NCBI GenBank assembly: GCA_021414225.1
Contig: JAIOOX010000002.1
Location: forward strand, 25,113-89,112
Length of the DNA: 64,000 bases
Reading direction: 5' to 3'
DNA from: Candidatus Vogelbacteria bacterium
GTDB taxonomy: Bacteria; Patescibacteriota; Minisyncoccia; Phycocordibacterales; XYD1-FULL-46-19
Part shown: piece after piece, positions 56,291 through 64,000 of the stretch
Layout of the letters: every line of letters begins with the position of its first letter
How positions within the stretch are numbered: the stretch's first letter is position 1
Made by a program: the position numbers and the translations under genes
Notes under the pieces: model-generated
What the model saw: only the letters and a program-made list of their open reading frames with translations
Told to the model about the DNA's origin: nothing
The model's database searches: none

Positions 56291-56433
56291 TAAGTTGGGA
56301 CTCTCCTTTGACTTAAAATTTTCTACCCGAAAATTTTAGTCTAGGCACCGCCTCGCGCCGAAATGTTGCTACATTTCGACTTCGTGCGCTCCGGCGTTCG
56401 AGTCCCACCCAAAATTTAACTTTGTTAAATTTG
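56291..56433 (-). repeat. Family 3 tRNA-spacer repeat, copy c, ending in an inverted copy (ttcgagtcccaccc) of the tRNA-Leu(TAA) T arm
   Basis: AT-rich hairpin gacttaaaatttt-ctacccg-aaaattttagtc, then tctaggcaccgcctcgcgccg...cgacttcgtgcgctccggcgttcgagtcccaccc, about 75% identical to copy a, then palindrome aaaatttaac-tttg-ttaaattt. Confidence 0.6.
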
Positions 56434-56514
56434 TGCCCGGGGTGGGACTCGAACCCACAAGGCTTGCGCCACACGATTTTAAGTCGTGCGTGTATACCAT
56501 TCCACCACCCGGGC
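56434..56514 (-). tRNA. tRNA-Leu (anticodon TAA), type II
   Basis: Minus-strand read GCCCGGGTGGTGGAATGGTATACACGCACGACTTAAAATCGTGTGGCGCAAGCCTTGTGGGTTCGAGTCCCACCCCGGGCA. Anticodon loop ctTAAaa. Confidence 0.8.
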
Positions 56515-56555
56515 ATATTTTTTAAAATCAATTTGCTACTGCAATTTGATTTTTG

Positions 56556-56627
56556 AGGCGTGGGCGGGAATCGAACCCGCGTATAAAGCTTTTGCAGAGC
56601 TTCGCCTTACCACTTGGCCACCACGCC
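56556..56627 (-). tRNA. tRNA-Cys (anticodon GCA)
   Basis: Minus-strand read GGCGTGGTGGCCAAGTGGTAAGGCGAAGCTCTGCAAAAGCTTTATACGCGGGTTCGATTCCCGCCCACGCCT. Anticodon loop ctGCAaa. Confidence 0.85.
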
Positions 56628-56634
56628 TGTAAGT

Positions 56635-56958
56635 TTAAATTGTATCTGCTTCGATATCAACTAATGCCTCATTCGAAGCAAGAGCGATGTCGATACGAGG
56701 CACATTACCGATTTTTGTCTCATTACGCAAATATTCATACAGGTCGGTTCTGAGACGCTTAAGTTCTTTCAATACCTCATCGGTAGCGGTATCTGGGAGA
56801 ACTGAGACGAAGACAGTCGCACTAGCGTTGTTTTTTTCCAATACACAACCAGTGACGGTTACTAGAGCTCGAGAAGCAACATTGCGCACAAAAAATTCTG
56901 CCGCGGTGCGAGTAATAACCTCTTCAACTCGTTTGTGATGTTTGGTGTAATCGTCCAT
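56635..56958 (-). CDS. rbfA: Ribosome-binding factor A
   Basis: 107 aa, immediately downstream of infB (conserved infB-rbfA order). ...VSVLPDTATDEVLKELKRLRTDLYEYL... KH-like. Confidence 0.7.
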   Translation of the reverse strand: MDDYTKHHKRVEEVITRTAAEFFVRNVASRALVTVTGCVLEKNNASATVFVSVLPDTATDEVLKELKRLRTDLYEYLRNETKIGNVPRIDIALASNEALVDIEADTI

Positions 56959-56971
56959 GGTTAATTATAGG

Positions 56972-58483
56972 CTATTTAGCCACTCGTTCAAATATTTCTA
57001 AAATATCACCAGGGGCAATAACGATCTTGGAATCAATCATGGTTCCAAATTGACCAGGTGGTTCAACGCGGTCGGTCTTGGCTTTATGTTGTTCAAGTTC
57101 GGCCACTTTACCTCGACCAATTTCAATGTCGCGACGGATAATTTTAATTTCTTTGCCTTTAACAAAGACACCGTCTAAGACTTGACCCCCGACTACTTGT
57201 TTATCTTTGTTGGCACTGAAACATTTTAGAATTTTGGCTCGGCCGGTTGTTTCTTCGATAGTCACTTTTGGTCGGCGTTTAGATACCTCCTCAGCTAGCC
57301 ACTCAGCTAGTTTGTAAATAATATCAAAAGTGACAATGGTAACATCAAATCGTTCAGCAATATCTTTGGCACTAGTGTCAGTTTTGACTTGGAAGCCTAA
57401 AATAATAGCGGAGTTTGAACCACTGCCTAGTTTGGCATCGTTGTCGGTGATAGCTCCAATACTCTTGCCGATAATTTTCAGGCGAACTCGTTCATCAACA
57501 ATTTTTAAAACTTCTTTTTCGACTGCTTCCAAGGTGCCAATAGTATCAGCTTTGATAATGATTGGTATTTCAATTGCATCAGCTCCTAGTTCTGGAGTGT
57601 GACTTGGGTTGTTGGTATTAGCACCTAGGGTGCGACCAGTTTTTTCATGATGATCAGCCGCTTTCTTGTCCTTTAAGCCGTTGATAATAGCTCCGACGGC
57701 TGGTACTTCAGCAAAACCGTAAAGAAGAACAGGGGAGGATAAGGTGGCTTCTTTTAAGGGTTGGCCTAAAAAGTTTTCCATCTTTTTAATTTTAGCTACC
57801 ACTCCTTCGACGCCAACATAGTCACCTAAGTGTAGGGTTCCATTTTTAATAATAGCTGTAACGGTCACTCCAATTTTTGGGTCACGATTGGTTTCCAAAA
57901 TCAAAGCTTCGCCAGGCAGGCTAGGGTCGCCACTTTTTGCTTCTAGATCTGAAACTAAAATAAGTAGATCCAGTAAATCATCAATCCCCTCACCAGTTTT
58001 AGCTGAAATATTAACACTAGGAATAGTACCTCCATATGACTCAACAAAGACTTCCTGTTCGGCTAATTCTTGTTTGACTTTATCGGGGTTGGCATTGGGT
58101 CGGTCGATTTTGTTGATAGCAACAACAAAGGGCACCCCAGCTTCTTTGACTGATTTGAGAGCCTCAATAGTTTGAGCTTTGACTCCTTCTTCAGCGGAGA
58201 CCAACAAAATAGCAATATCAGAAATTTGGGCGCCACGGTTACGCATGGAAGAAAAAGCTTCATGACCAGGTGTATCTAAGAAGGTGATGGTGTGTTCCTT
58301 TCCTTCGGTGACATGTTTAACTTCATAAGCGCTAACATGTTGAGTAATACCACCCGCTTCACCCGCGACAGTGTTTGATTTACGAATATAATCAAGCAAG
58401 GTTGATTTGCCGTGGTCAATATGACCAACAACAACCACGACAGGTGGTTTGGCTTTAATTGTAGATTGAGAATTATTAGTCAT
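56972..58483 (-). CDS. infB: Translation initiation factor IF-2 (compact, lacking the long N-terminal region)
   Basis: G domain VVVVVGHIDHGKSTLLD, DTPGHEAF, NKID. IF-2 domain II and C-terminal beta-barrels. 503 aa. Confidence 0.85.
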   Translation of the reverse strand: MTNNSQSTIKAKPPVVVVVGHIDHGKSTLLDYIRKSNTVAGEAGGITQHVSAYEVKHVTEGKEHTITFLDTPGHEAFSSMRNRGAQISDIAILLVSAEEGVKAQTIEALKSVKEAGVPFVVAINKIDRPNANPDKVKQELAEQEVFVESYGGTIPSVNISAKTGEGIDDLLDLLILVSDLEAKSGDPSLPGEALILETNRDPKIGVTVTAIIKNGTLHLGDYVGVEGVVAKIKKMENFLGQPLKEATLSSPVLLYGFAEVPAVGAIINGLKDKKAADHHEKTGRTLGANTNNPSHTPELGADAIEIPIIIKADTIGTLEAVEKEVLKIVDERVRLKIIGKSIGAITDNDAKLGSGSNSAIILGFQVKTDTSAKDIAERFDVTIVTFDIIYKLAEWLAEEVSKRRPKVTIEETTGRAKILKCFSANKDKQVVGGQVLDGVFVKGKEIKIIRRDIEIGRGKVAELEQHKAKTDRVEPPGQFGTMIDSKIVIAPGDILEIFERVAK

Positions 58484-58488
58484 ATATT

Positions 58489-58962
58489 TTAACGTTTGGC
58501 GGCTTCAGCAATTGATTGTCTCTCTTCCTCAGTTAGCTCGTAGGTAGATTGTTGATGGGTCAAAGGTTTAGCATAAACTGAGACTTTATCTCGAGTATAA
58601 ATACTAGACACGACGACGCCGTCTCCACTATCGTCCATCAAGCAGGTAGCAAAACTTTGATTGCCACCATGATCTTTGAAAGGATTAAAACGAACGGTGT
58701 GGAATTTGCTTAGAGTGCGACGAAGTCTTTGTTCAATATTATCTAAGCGCTTGGTTCCTTGATTTGTCTGACTAAAAAGTTCGTCTATCGCTTGACCGAT
58801 GTCGGCGATAATCCCTTCAAAGTTGGTTGCTTTTTTACCACGAAACAAGCGACCTAGACGTATTTCTAGATAAACAATCCAGGCTAATAGTATCAAGATC
58901 AAAACTAGGAGGCCTGGGACGACCAATTGTGAAGCAAGTGTCGGCACAGTGCCAAAAATCAT
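58489..58962 (-). CDS. Hypothetical membrane-anchored protein (DUF4446-like), upstream of infB
   Basis: 157 aa, N-terminal TM helix. No catalytic motif. Confidence 0.4.
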   Translation of the reverse strand: MIFGTVPTLASQLVVPGLLVLILILLAWIVYLEIRLGRLFRGKKATNFEGIIADIGQAIDELFSQTNQGTKRLDNIEQRLRRTLSKFHTVRFNPFKDHGGNQSFATCLMDDSGDGVVVSSIYTRDKVSVYAKPLTHQQSTYELTEEERQSIAEAAKR

Positions 58963-59014
58963 ACCTTATTTTACGGCTTTTTGCAAAAAAGACCGTAAAC
59001 GGTACAATGCGGAG

Positions 59015-60214
59015 ATGGGTTTATTTAGTCAAAGGATTTACGCCGATACTGCAGCCACAACGTCGATTGATCGACGAGTCTTGGCGGTGTTATGGTCAAA
59101 TTTAAAAAATAGTTTTGGTAACGCCTCTAGTTTGTATGTCGAAGGGGTAAAAGCTGATCGAATATTGCAAGAATCCAGACGAGTGGTAGCTTCTATTTTA
59201 AGTGCTCAACCAGACGAGATTGTTTTTACTAGTGGAGGAACTGAGGGCAACAACTTAGCTTTCAGAGGGGTGTATGAAGCTTTTAAACAACAGACTGGTA
59301 GTGATGGGGAGATTATTGTTTCGGCTATAGAACATCAGTCTGTACTGGAAGCGGCCAAAAGTTGTGAAAAACTGGGAGCTAAGATAATAATTTTGCCGGT
59401 TGATCAACAAGGCTTTGTTGATATTAAAGTTTTGAAAGAGATTCTTAATGATAAGACGGTCCTCGTATCAGTAGCTTATGCTAATAATGAAATAGGAACA
59501 ATTGCTGATATTTCCGCTATTGCTAAAGTGTTAAGACATTGGCGCAAGCAAAATGGCGATAGTGATTATCCTTACTTTCACACGGACGCCTGTCAGGCTC
59601 CAAGATTTCTACCACTGAAAGTTGAGTCTTTAGGTGTTGATTTGCTGACGCTCAACGGTTCGAAAATTTACGGTCCAAAAGGAGTGGGGGCTTTGTATAT
59701 TCGTCGAGGTAAAAAAATAACACCAATCTTGCCTGGTGGTGGCCAGGAATTTGGTTTACGATCGGGTACCCAAAATATTCCAGCGATTGCTGGTTTGGCT
59801 AAAGCGCTACAACTAACAGAAACTTTAAAAGCTCAAGAAGTGATTTATTTAAGTGGTTTGCGTGATCAACTGATAAATTTAATCAATCAATTAATACCAG
59901 GGGCTGTTTTTTATGGTCCAGTGGGTGATAAGCGATTACCAAATAATGTTAACGTTGGGTGGCCAGGAGTTGAAGCCGAAGCGGTGGTGATTGGTCTGGA
60001 TGCTTTAGGGATTTCAATTTCGACTGGCAGTGCTTGCTCTTCTAAAGCTAAACCAGAATCTCATGTGTTGAAAGCATTGGATGCTAATAATAAACTAACT
60101 TCAGTTCGGATTACTTTAGATCGTCGAGCTTCGCTAAAAGATATTTCTAAAATTGCCAAGAGTCTAAAAAAGGTGATTGAACGGATTAAAATTGGTCAAA
60201 AATTAGTGGCTTAA
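59015..60214 (+). CDS. Cysteine desulfurase (class V aminotransferase, IscS/NifS-like). Internal Met start; the ORF track starts at 58949.
   Basis: ADTAATTS, PLP-binding TLNGSKIYGPKGVGALYIR region, active-site loop SISTGSACSS. Confidence 0.75.
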   Translation: MGLFSQRIYADTAATTSIDRRVLAVLWSNLKNSFGNASSLYVEGVKADRILQESRRVVASILSAQPDEIVFTSGGTEGNNLAFRGVYEAFKQQTGSDGEIIVSAIEHQSVLEAAKSCEKLGAKIIILPVDQQGFVDIKVLKEILNDKTVLVSVAYANNEIGTIADISAIAKVLRHWRKQNGDSDYPYFHTDACQAPRFLPLKVESLGVDLLTLNGSKIYGPKGVGALYIRRGKKITPILPGGGQEFGLRSGTQNIPAIAGLAKALQLTETLKAQEVIYLSGLRDQLINLINQLIPGAVFYGPVGDKRLPNNVNVGWPGVEAEAVVIGLDALGISISTGSACSSKAKPESHVLKALDANNKLTSVRITLDRRASLKDISKIAKSLKKVIERIKIGQKLVA

Positions 60215-60262
60215 TTAATGTGATATAATTAGCGGTAATTATTAATTTAACTTATTTTTTTA

Positions 60263-60871
60263 ATGCACACCCTACCAGCTTTATCTTACGGTTACGACGC
60301 TTTAGAACCATATATTGATGCTGAGACGATGAGACTTCATCACACTAAGCATCATCAGACTTATGTTGATAAATTGAATACTGCTTTGGCGGATTATCCG
60401 GATTGGCAAAACAAATCAATTGAAGACTTGTTGCAAAATTTTTCCTCTGTGCCAGAAGCTATAAAAAAAGTGGTGAAGAATCATGGTGGTGGCCACGCTA
60501 ACCATACTTTGTGGTGGCAAATTATTGGTCCAGCCACTGGCGGTCAAAATCTTCCCGGGGGAGAGTTGTTGATCAAATTGGAAGCCAGTTTCGGTAGTTT
60601 TGAAGAATTTAAACAAAAATGGCTAGACACCGCTTTGACTGTTTTTGGTTCGGGTTGGATTTGGTTGGTTGTCGAAGGGGATAGTTTAGTGATTACCACC
60701 TCAGCTAATCAAGATTCATTATTAATGGAAGGGAAAAAACCGATCTTGGGTTTAGATGTCTGGGAGCATGCTTATTATCTGAAATATCAGAATCGTCGGG
60801 CCGATTACGTGAATAATTTTTTTGCTGTCATTAATTGGTCAGAGGTAGCTAAAAAAATGACTGAAAAATAA
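60263..60871 (+). CDS. sod: Fe/Mn superoxide dismutase
   Basis: LHHTKHHQTYV, GGGHANHTLWW, DVWEHAYYL. All four metal ligands are in canonical positions. Confidence 0.9.
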   Translation: MHTLPALSYGYDALEPYIDAETMRLHHTKHHQTYVDKLNTALADYPDWQNKSIEDLLQNFSSVPEAIKKVVKNHGGGHANHTLWWQIIGPATGGQNLPGGELLIKLEASFGSFEEFKQKWLDTALTVFGSGWIWLVVEGDSLVITTSANQDSLLMEGKKPILGLDVWEHAYYLKYQNRRADYVNNFFAVINWSEVAKKMTEK

Positions 60872-60922
60872 AGCTTTACTAGGGGTTTGCCTTTTTTAGT
60901 TTACTAACTTAGTATTAAGATA

Positions 60923-61705
60923 ATGCACGAATTAAATAATCATCAACTTATTTTATTAACCCTACTAGTTAGTTTTGTGACCTCTGTTGCTACTGGTATT
61001 TTGACTGTGTCCTTTCTTGATCAGGCTCCGATGGAGGTGACTAGAACTATTAATCGAGTAGTAGAACACACGGTTGAAAGGGTGGTCCCTGGTGGGATTC
61101 AAACTATTGTCAAAGAGGTGCCTGTCATCGTAACGGAGGAGGCTTTGGTTGTAAAAGCGATCAATAGTGCCTCTGGAGCGGTGGTTCAAATTCTCGATAC
61201 TTCCAACTCACCTACCAAACAAGTTGGTTCTGGTTTTCTAGTGGAACCGAAAGGTTTTATCCTGACTAAATCTGAAGTCTCTAGTACGAAACCGGTTTAT
61301 CAAGTATCAATAGAATCCGGTCAGACTTTCCCGGTAGAAGTAGTCAAACAAGATAAAAGTGACAAAGTGGTGGTTTTGAAAGTTAAAGCTGATAGACTTG
61401 ATGATTTCATTAAACAAACAGAAAAAATTGACCCTCTAAAGATTTCAACTAAAGATGTGATTGTTGGTCAAAGTGTGATTGGGATGGGATCTGGAGCTGG
61501 GGGTAATAACGTTGTCTCTGTCAGTATTATTGCTAGCTTCAACGCTTCTAGTACCGATGCCTTGATTAAAACCAACGCCTCGACTCCTGATAACAGTGGT
61601 GGACCGTTGCTTGATATTCATGGTGAGGTAGTGGGTATGAACTTAACTTCGGGAACTGGTTTACCTAAAGAGTTACTCAAATTGATTATTGACTCAGTTA
61701 AATAA
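60923..61705 (+). CDS. Membrane-anchored trypsin-like (S1) protease-fold protein. The catalytic His appears to be absent.
   Basis: GSGFLVEPKGFILTKSEV, where the canonical ILTNAHV His is replaced. DKVVVLKV (Asp region) and DNSGGPLLD (Ser region) are present. Confidence 0.5.
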   Translation: MHELNNHQLILLTLLVSFVTSVATGILTVSFLDQAPMEVTRTINRVVEHTVERVVPGGIQTIVKEVPVIVTEEALVVKAINSASGAVVQILDTSNSPTKQVGSGFLVEPKGFILTKSEVSSTKPVYQVSIESGQTFPVEVVKQDKSDKVVVLKVKADRLDDFIKQTEKIDPLKISTKDVIVGQSVIGMGSGAGGNNVVSVSIIASFNASSTDALIKTNASTPDNSGGPLLDIHGEVVGMNLTSGTGLPKELLKLIIDSVK

Positions 61706-61728
61706 TTATTTTATAGTCTGAGACATCT

Positions 61729-64000
61729 ATGTCTTTACCTCCATTTCAAAATTTTACAGCTAAAGCCCGTGACGCTATTAGAAAAGCTCATGAGTTGGCT
61801 ATTGAACGTGGTCAAAATCATGTTAACCCGGTGCACTTGTTGGCTGCGCTCTTACTTCAAGAAGAAAGTACGGCAGTATCGATTGTTGACCGCTTAGAGG
61901 TTGACTCGATCATGTTAACTGACTATTTGCTAGATACTATGGAAACTGGCGAAACAGCGTCAGTGGCCACCCCTTCTTATCAAATGTATCTAACGCCGGA
62001 ATTGGTGCGCGTGTTTGATACGGTTGGAAAGATTGCTTCTTCACTTAATGATGAATTTGTTTCTACTGAACATTTACTTCTAGCTTTATTGGAAACCACT
62101 AGTCAAGCCCAAGAGATATTACAACGTTTTAAAGTTACCAAAGAAGGTGTAACGCATATAGTAGAAGAATTACGAGCCGGTAAAATTCAAGATTTAGGTG
62201 AAAACAAAAAATTTAAAGCTATTGAAAAGTTTACTAAAAATCTGACTGATTCAGCGCGCCAAGATAAACTTGATCCAGTGATTGGTCGCGAACAAGAAAT
62301 TCGTCGAGTAATGGAAATATTATCTCGTCGGACTAAGAATAATCCAGTCTTGGTGGGAGAAGCGGGTACTGGTAAAACAGCGATTGCTGAAGGTTTGGCA
62401 ATTAGAATTGCGGCTGGTGATGTGCCCGAGTCATTGCGCGATAAGGAAATAGTTTCTCTCGATCTTGGTTTACTGGTAGCTGGTACTAAATACCGAGGTG
62501 AGTTTGAAGAACGACTCAAAAATATTGTAAAAGAGGTAGAACGAGCTGAAGGTAAGATTATTTTATTTATTGATGAAATGCACACTCTAGTCGGTGCGGG
62601 AGCGGCAGAGGGAGCGATTGATGCTTCCAACTTACTTAAACCAGCTTTAGCTCGAGGAGAGTTGCGAGTGATTGGTGCCACTACTATTAAGGAGTATCAA
62701 AAATACGTTGAAAAAGACCAAGCTTTAACCAGGCGGTTCCAGCCGGTCAATGTTGAAGAACCGAGTATTGAAGACGCGGTGGCTATTTTACGTGGATTAA
62801 AGAACAAGTATGAACTTCATCATGGTGTCCATATTGCTGATGACGCGATTGTGACAGCGGTTAATCTATCTAGTCGCTATATCAGTGATCGTTTTCTGCC
62901 TGACAAAGCGATCGACTTGATTGACGAAGCTGCTTCCGCTTTACGGTTACAACTAGAAAACAAACCGACCATCTTGGAAGACGCTGAACGGCGAGTTCGT
63001 CGTTTGGAAGTGGAACGAGAAGCGCTTAAAAAAGAGGTGGAGCATAATTCTGACAATAAAGAAGCTAAAGCTCGGATTAAAGATATTGATAAAGAAATTG
63101 AAGAGAGTCGAGAAAAAACTTCTGAGTTGGAGTTGCGTTGGAAAAATGAAAAACAAATTATTTCCGAAATCCGTCAAACTAAAAATGAATTGGAGGCTTT
63201 ACGCTTGGAGGGTAATCATACGGAATTGAAGGGTGACCTAACTAAAGCGGCGGAAATTCGTTATGCTAAAATTCCAGAATTAGAAAAAAACTTAAAACAA
63301 AAAGATACTCGCTTAAAAAGGTTGCAAACTGCTCGTAAGATTTTGAAAGAGGATGTGACTGGTGATGATGTGGCTAAAGTGGTGTCTCGTTGGACTGGTA
63401 TACCGGTGACTAAGATGTTGGAAGAGGAGGCTGAAAAATTGACCAGGATGGAAGATGACCTCAAGAAGAGGGTCCGAGGCCAAGATGGAGCGATTGCGCT
63501 TATTTCTGAAGCAGTTAGACGTTCACGGGCTGGTATTGCCGACCCAGATCGACCTATCGGTTCTTTTATCTTTATGGGTTCGACTGGTATTGGTAAAACT
63601 GAGTTAGCTCGCGCTTTGGCTGAGTTTATGTTCAATGACGAGAAATCTTTGATCCGGGTGGATATGTCCGAGTATATGGAGAAATATTCAGTTTCAAAAT
63701 TGATTGGATCACCACCTGGTTATGTCGGACATGAAGAAGGGGGCTCTTTAACTGAACTTGTTCGTCATCGACCTTACTCAGTTCTGTTGTTTGATGAAAT
63801 AGAAAAAGCCCATCCAGAAGTCTTTAACATTTTACTCCAAGTTTTAGACAATGGTCGGCTGACGGACTCCAAAGGTAGAGTTGTTAACTTTAAAAATACA
63901 GTCATTATTTTGACTTCTAATATTGGTAGTCAATTCTTAAATCGTTATCAAAAAATGGGCTTCGGTAGTGGTGCCCAAGAAGTAGAACTAGAAGATTTGA
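61729..64000 (+). CDS. clpB: Chaperone ClpB (AAA+ disaggregase). Partial: continues beyond the window end.
   Basis: Translation from ATG at 61729: [46 protein letters not shown]... N-domain. Walker [16 protein letters not shown], coiled-coil M-domain, second AAA+ module [15 protein letters not shown]. No stop before 64000. Confidence 0.9.
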   Translation, partial: MSLPPFQNFTAKARDAIRKAHELAIERGQNHVNPVHLLAALLLQEESTAVSIVDRLEVDSIMLTDYLLDTMETGETASVATPSYQMYLTPELVRVFDTVGKIASSLNDEFVSTEHLLLALLETTSQAQEILQRFKVTKEGVTHIVEELRAGKIQDLGENKKFKAIEKFTKNLTDSARQDKLDPVIGREQEIRRVMEILSRRTKNNPVLVGEAGTGKTAIAEGLAIRIAAGDVPESLRDKEIVSLDLGLLVAGTKYRGEFEERLKNIVKEVERAEGKIILFIDEMHTLVGAGAAEGAIDASNLLKPALARGELRVIGATTIKEYQKYVEKDQALTRRFQPVNVEEPSIEDAVAILRGLKNKYELHHGVHIADDAIVTAVNLSSRYISDRFLPDKAIDLIDEAASALRLQLENKPTILEDAERRVRRLEVEREALKKEVEHNSDNKEAKARIKDIDKEIEESREKTSELELRWKNEKQIISEIRQTKNELEALRLEGNHTELKGDLTKAAEIRYAKIPELEKNLKQKDTRLKRLQTARKILKEDVTGDDVAKVVSRWTGIPVTKMLEEEAEKLTRMEDDLKKRVRGQDGAIALISEAVRRSRAGIADPDRPIGSFIFMGSTGIGKTELARALAEFMFNDEKSLIRVDMSEYMEKYSVSKLIGSPPGYVGHEEGGSLTELVRHRPYSVLLFDEIEKAHPEVFNILLQVLDNGRLTDSKGRVVNFKNTVIILTSNIGSQFLNRYQKMGFGSGAQEVELEDL

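Noticed and set aside
55677-56753. Track ORFs 55677..55940, 56007..56228, 56313..56531 and 56553..56753
   Set aside because: All overlap tRNA genes and the palindromic spacer repeats; they are artefacts of GC-rich tRNA sequence.
62187-63635. Three minus-strand track ORFs (164, 74 and 124 aa)
   Set aside because: They are antisense within the continuous, motif-rich ClpB reading frame.
1-64000. CRISPR arrays, IS elements / transposases, integrases, rRNA genes
   Set aside because: No short direct repeats with regular spacing, and no transposase, integrase or rRNA-like sequence, were seen anywhere in the window.

Overview
This window is dense, mostly AT-rich (about 40% GC) bacterial chromosome. 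Its gene content and style (compact proteins, class II ribonucleotide reductase, DsbA plus VKOR, murJ, short IF-2 and ValRS, many small secreted or membrane proteins) point to a reduced-genome, Patescibacteria/CPR-like organism; that taxonomic call is inference from gene content only.

Housekeeping genes I can support from the translations:
- Cell division, chaperones and secretion: gatB/yqeY-domain protein (window edge), groES, groEL, secG, ftsZ, ftsA, ftsB-like, lepB, prsW-like, hsp20, clpB (runs off the 3' end).
- Translation and RNA processing: lepA, valS, hisS, rpsA, rpsU, pth, infB, rbfA, ybeY, tsaD, RNase J.
- Redox and DNA metabolism: nrdJ, glutaredoxin-like, trxB-like, sod, iscS-like, gyrA.
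- Membrane and envelope: murJ, htpX, LemA plus DUF2207, DsbA plus VKOR.
- A roughly 1000-aa UvrD-helicase / PD-(D/E)xK-nuclease fusion.

RNA genes found by eye:
- 12 tRNAs: Ser-GGA, Gly-CCC, Arg-CCT, Phe-GAA, Ser-CGA, Glu-TTC, Val-GAC, Leu-TAG, Lys-CTT, Leu-TAA, Cys-GCA.
- An RNase P RNA on the minus strand at about 22123..22564, which the ORF track mis-reads as small ORFs.

The most interesting material is non-coding and accessory:
1. Three families of repeated, apparently structured intergenic elements:
   - Family 1: a roughly 90-110 nt element immediately after the stop codons of the helicase gene and groES. It has a conserved core and covarying stems.
   - Family 2: a roughly 150 nt element after nrdJ and after ftsZ, with covarying terminal inverted repeats.
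   - Family 3: a roughly 100 nt repeat in every spacer of a four-tRNA array, in which an inverted copy of each tRNA's 3' end forms a long palindrome with the tRNA itself.
2. A tandem array of five divergent paralogous small signal-peptide / two-helix membrane proteins (TrbC/VirB2-pilin-like) at 51042..53175.
3. Right next to it, a compositionally foreign GC-rich two-gene island (SPFH-like plus NfeD-like membrane proteins) abutting that tRNA array.
4. Two GC-rich non-coding islands (about 430 and 390 nt) on either side of rpsA, and an unassigned roughly 340 nt structured spacer between tRNA-Glu and tRNA-Val.

No CRISPR array, transposase, integrase or rRNA was seen.
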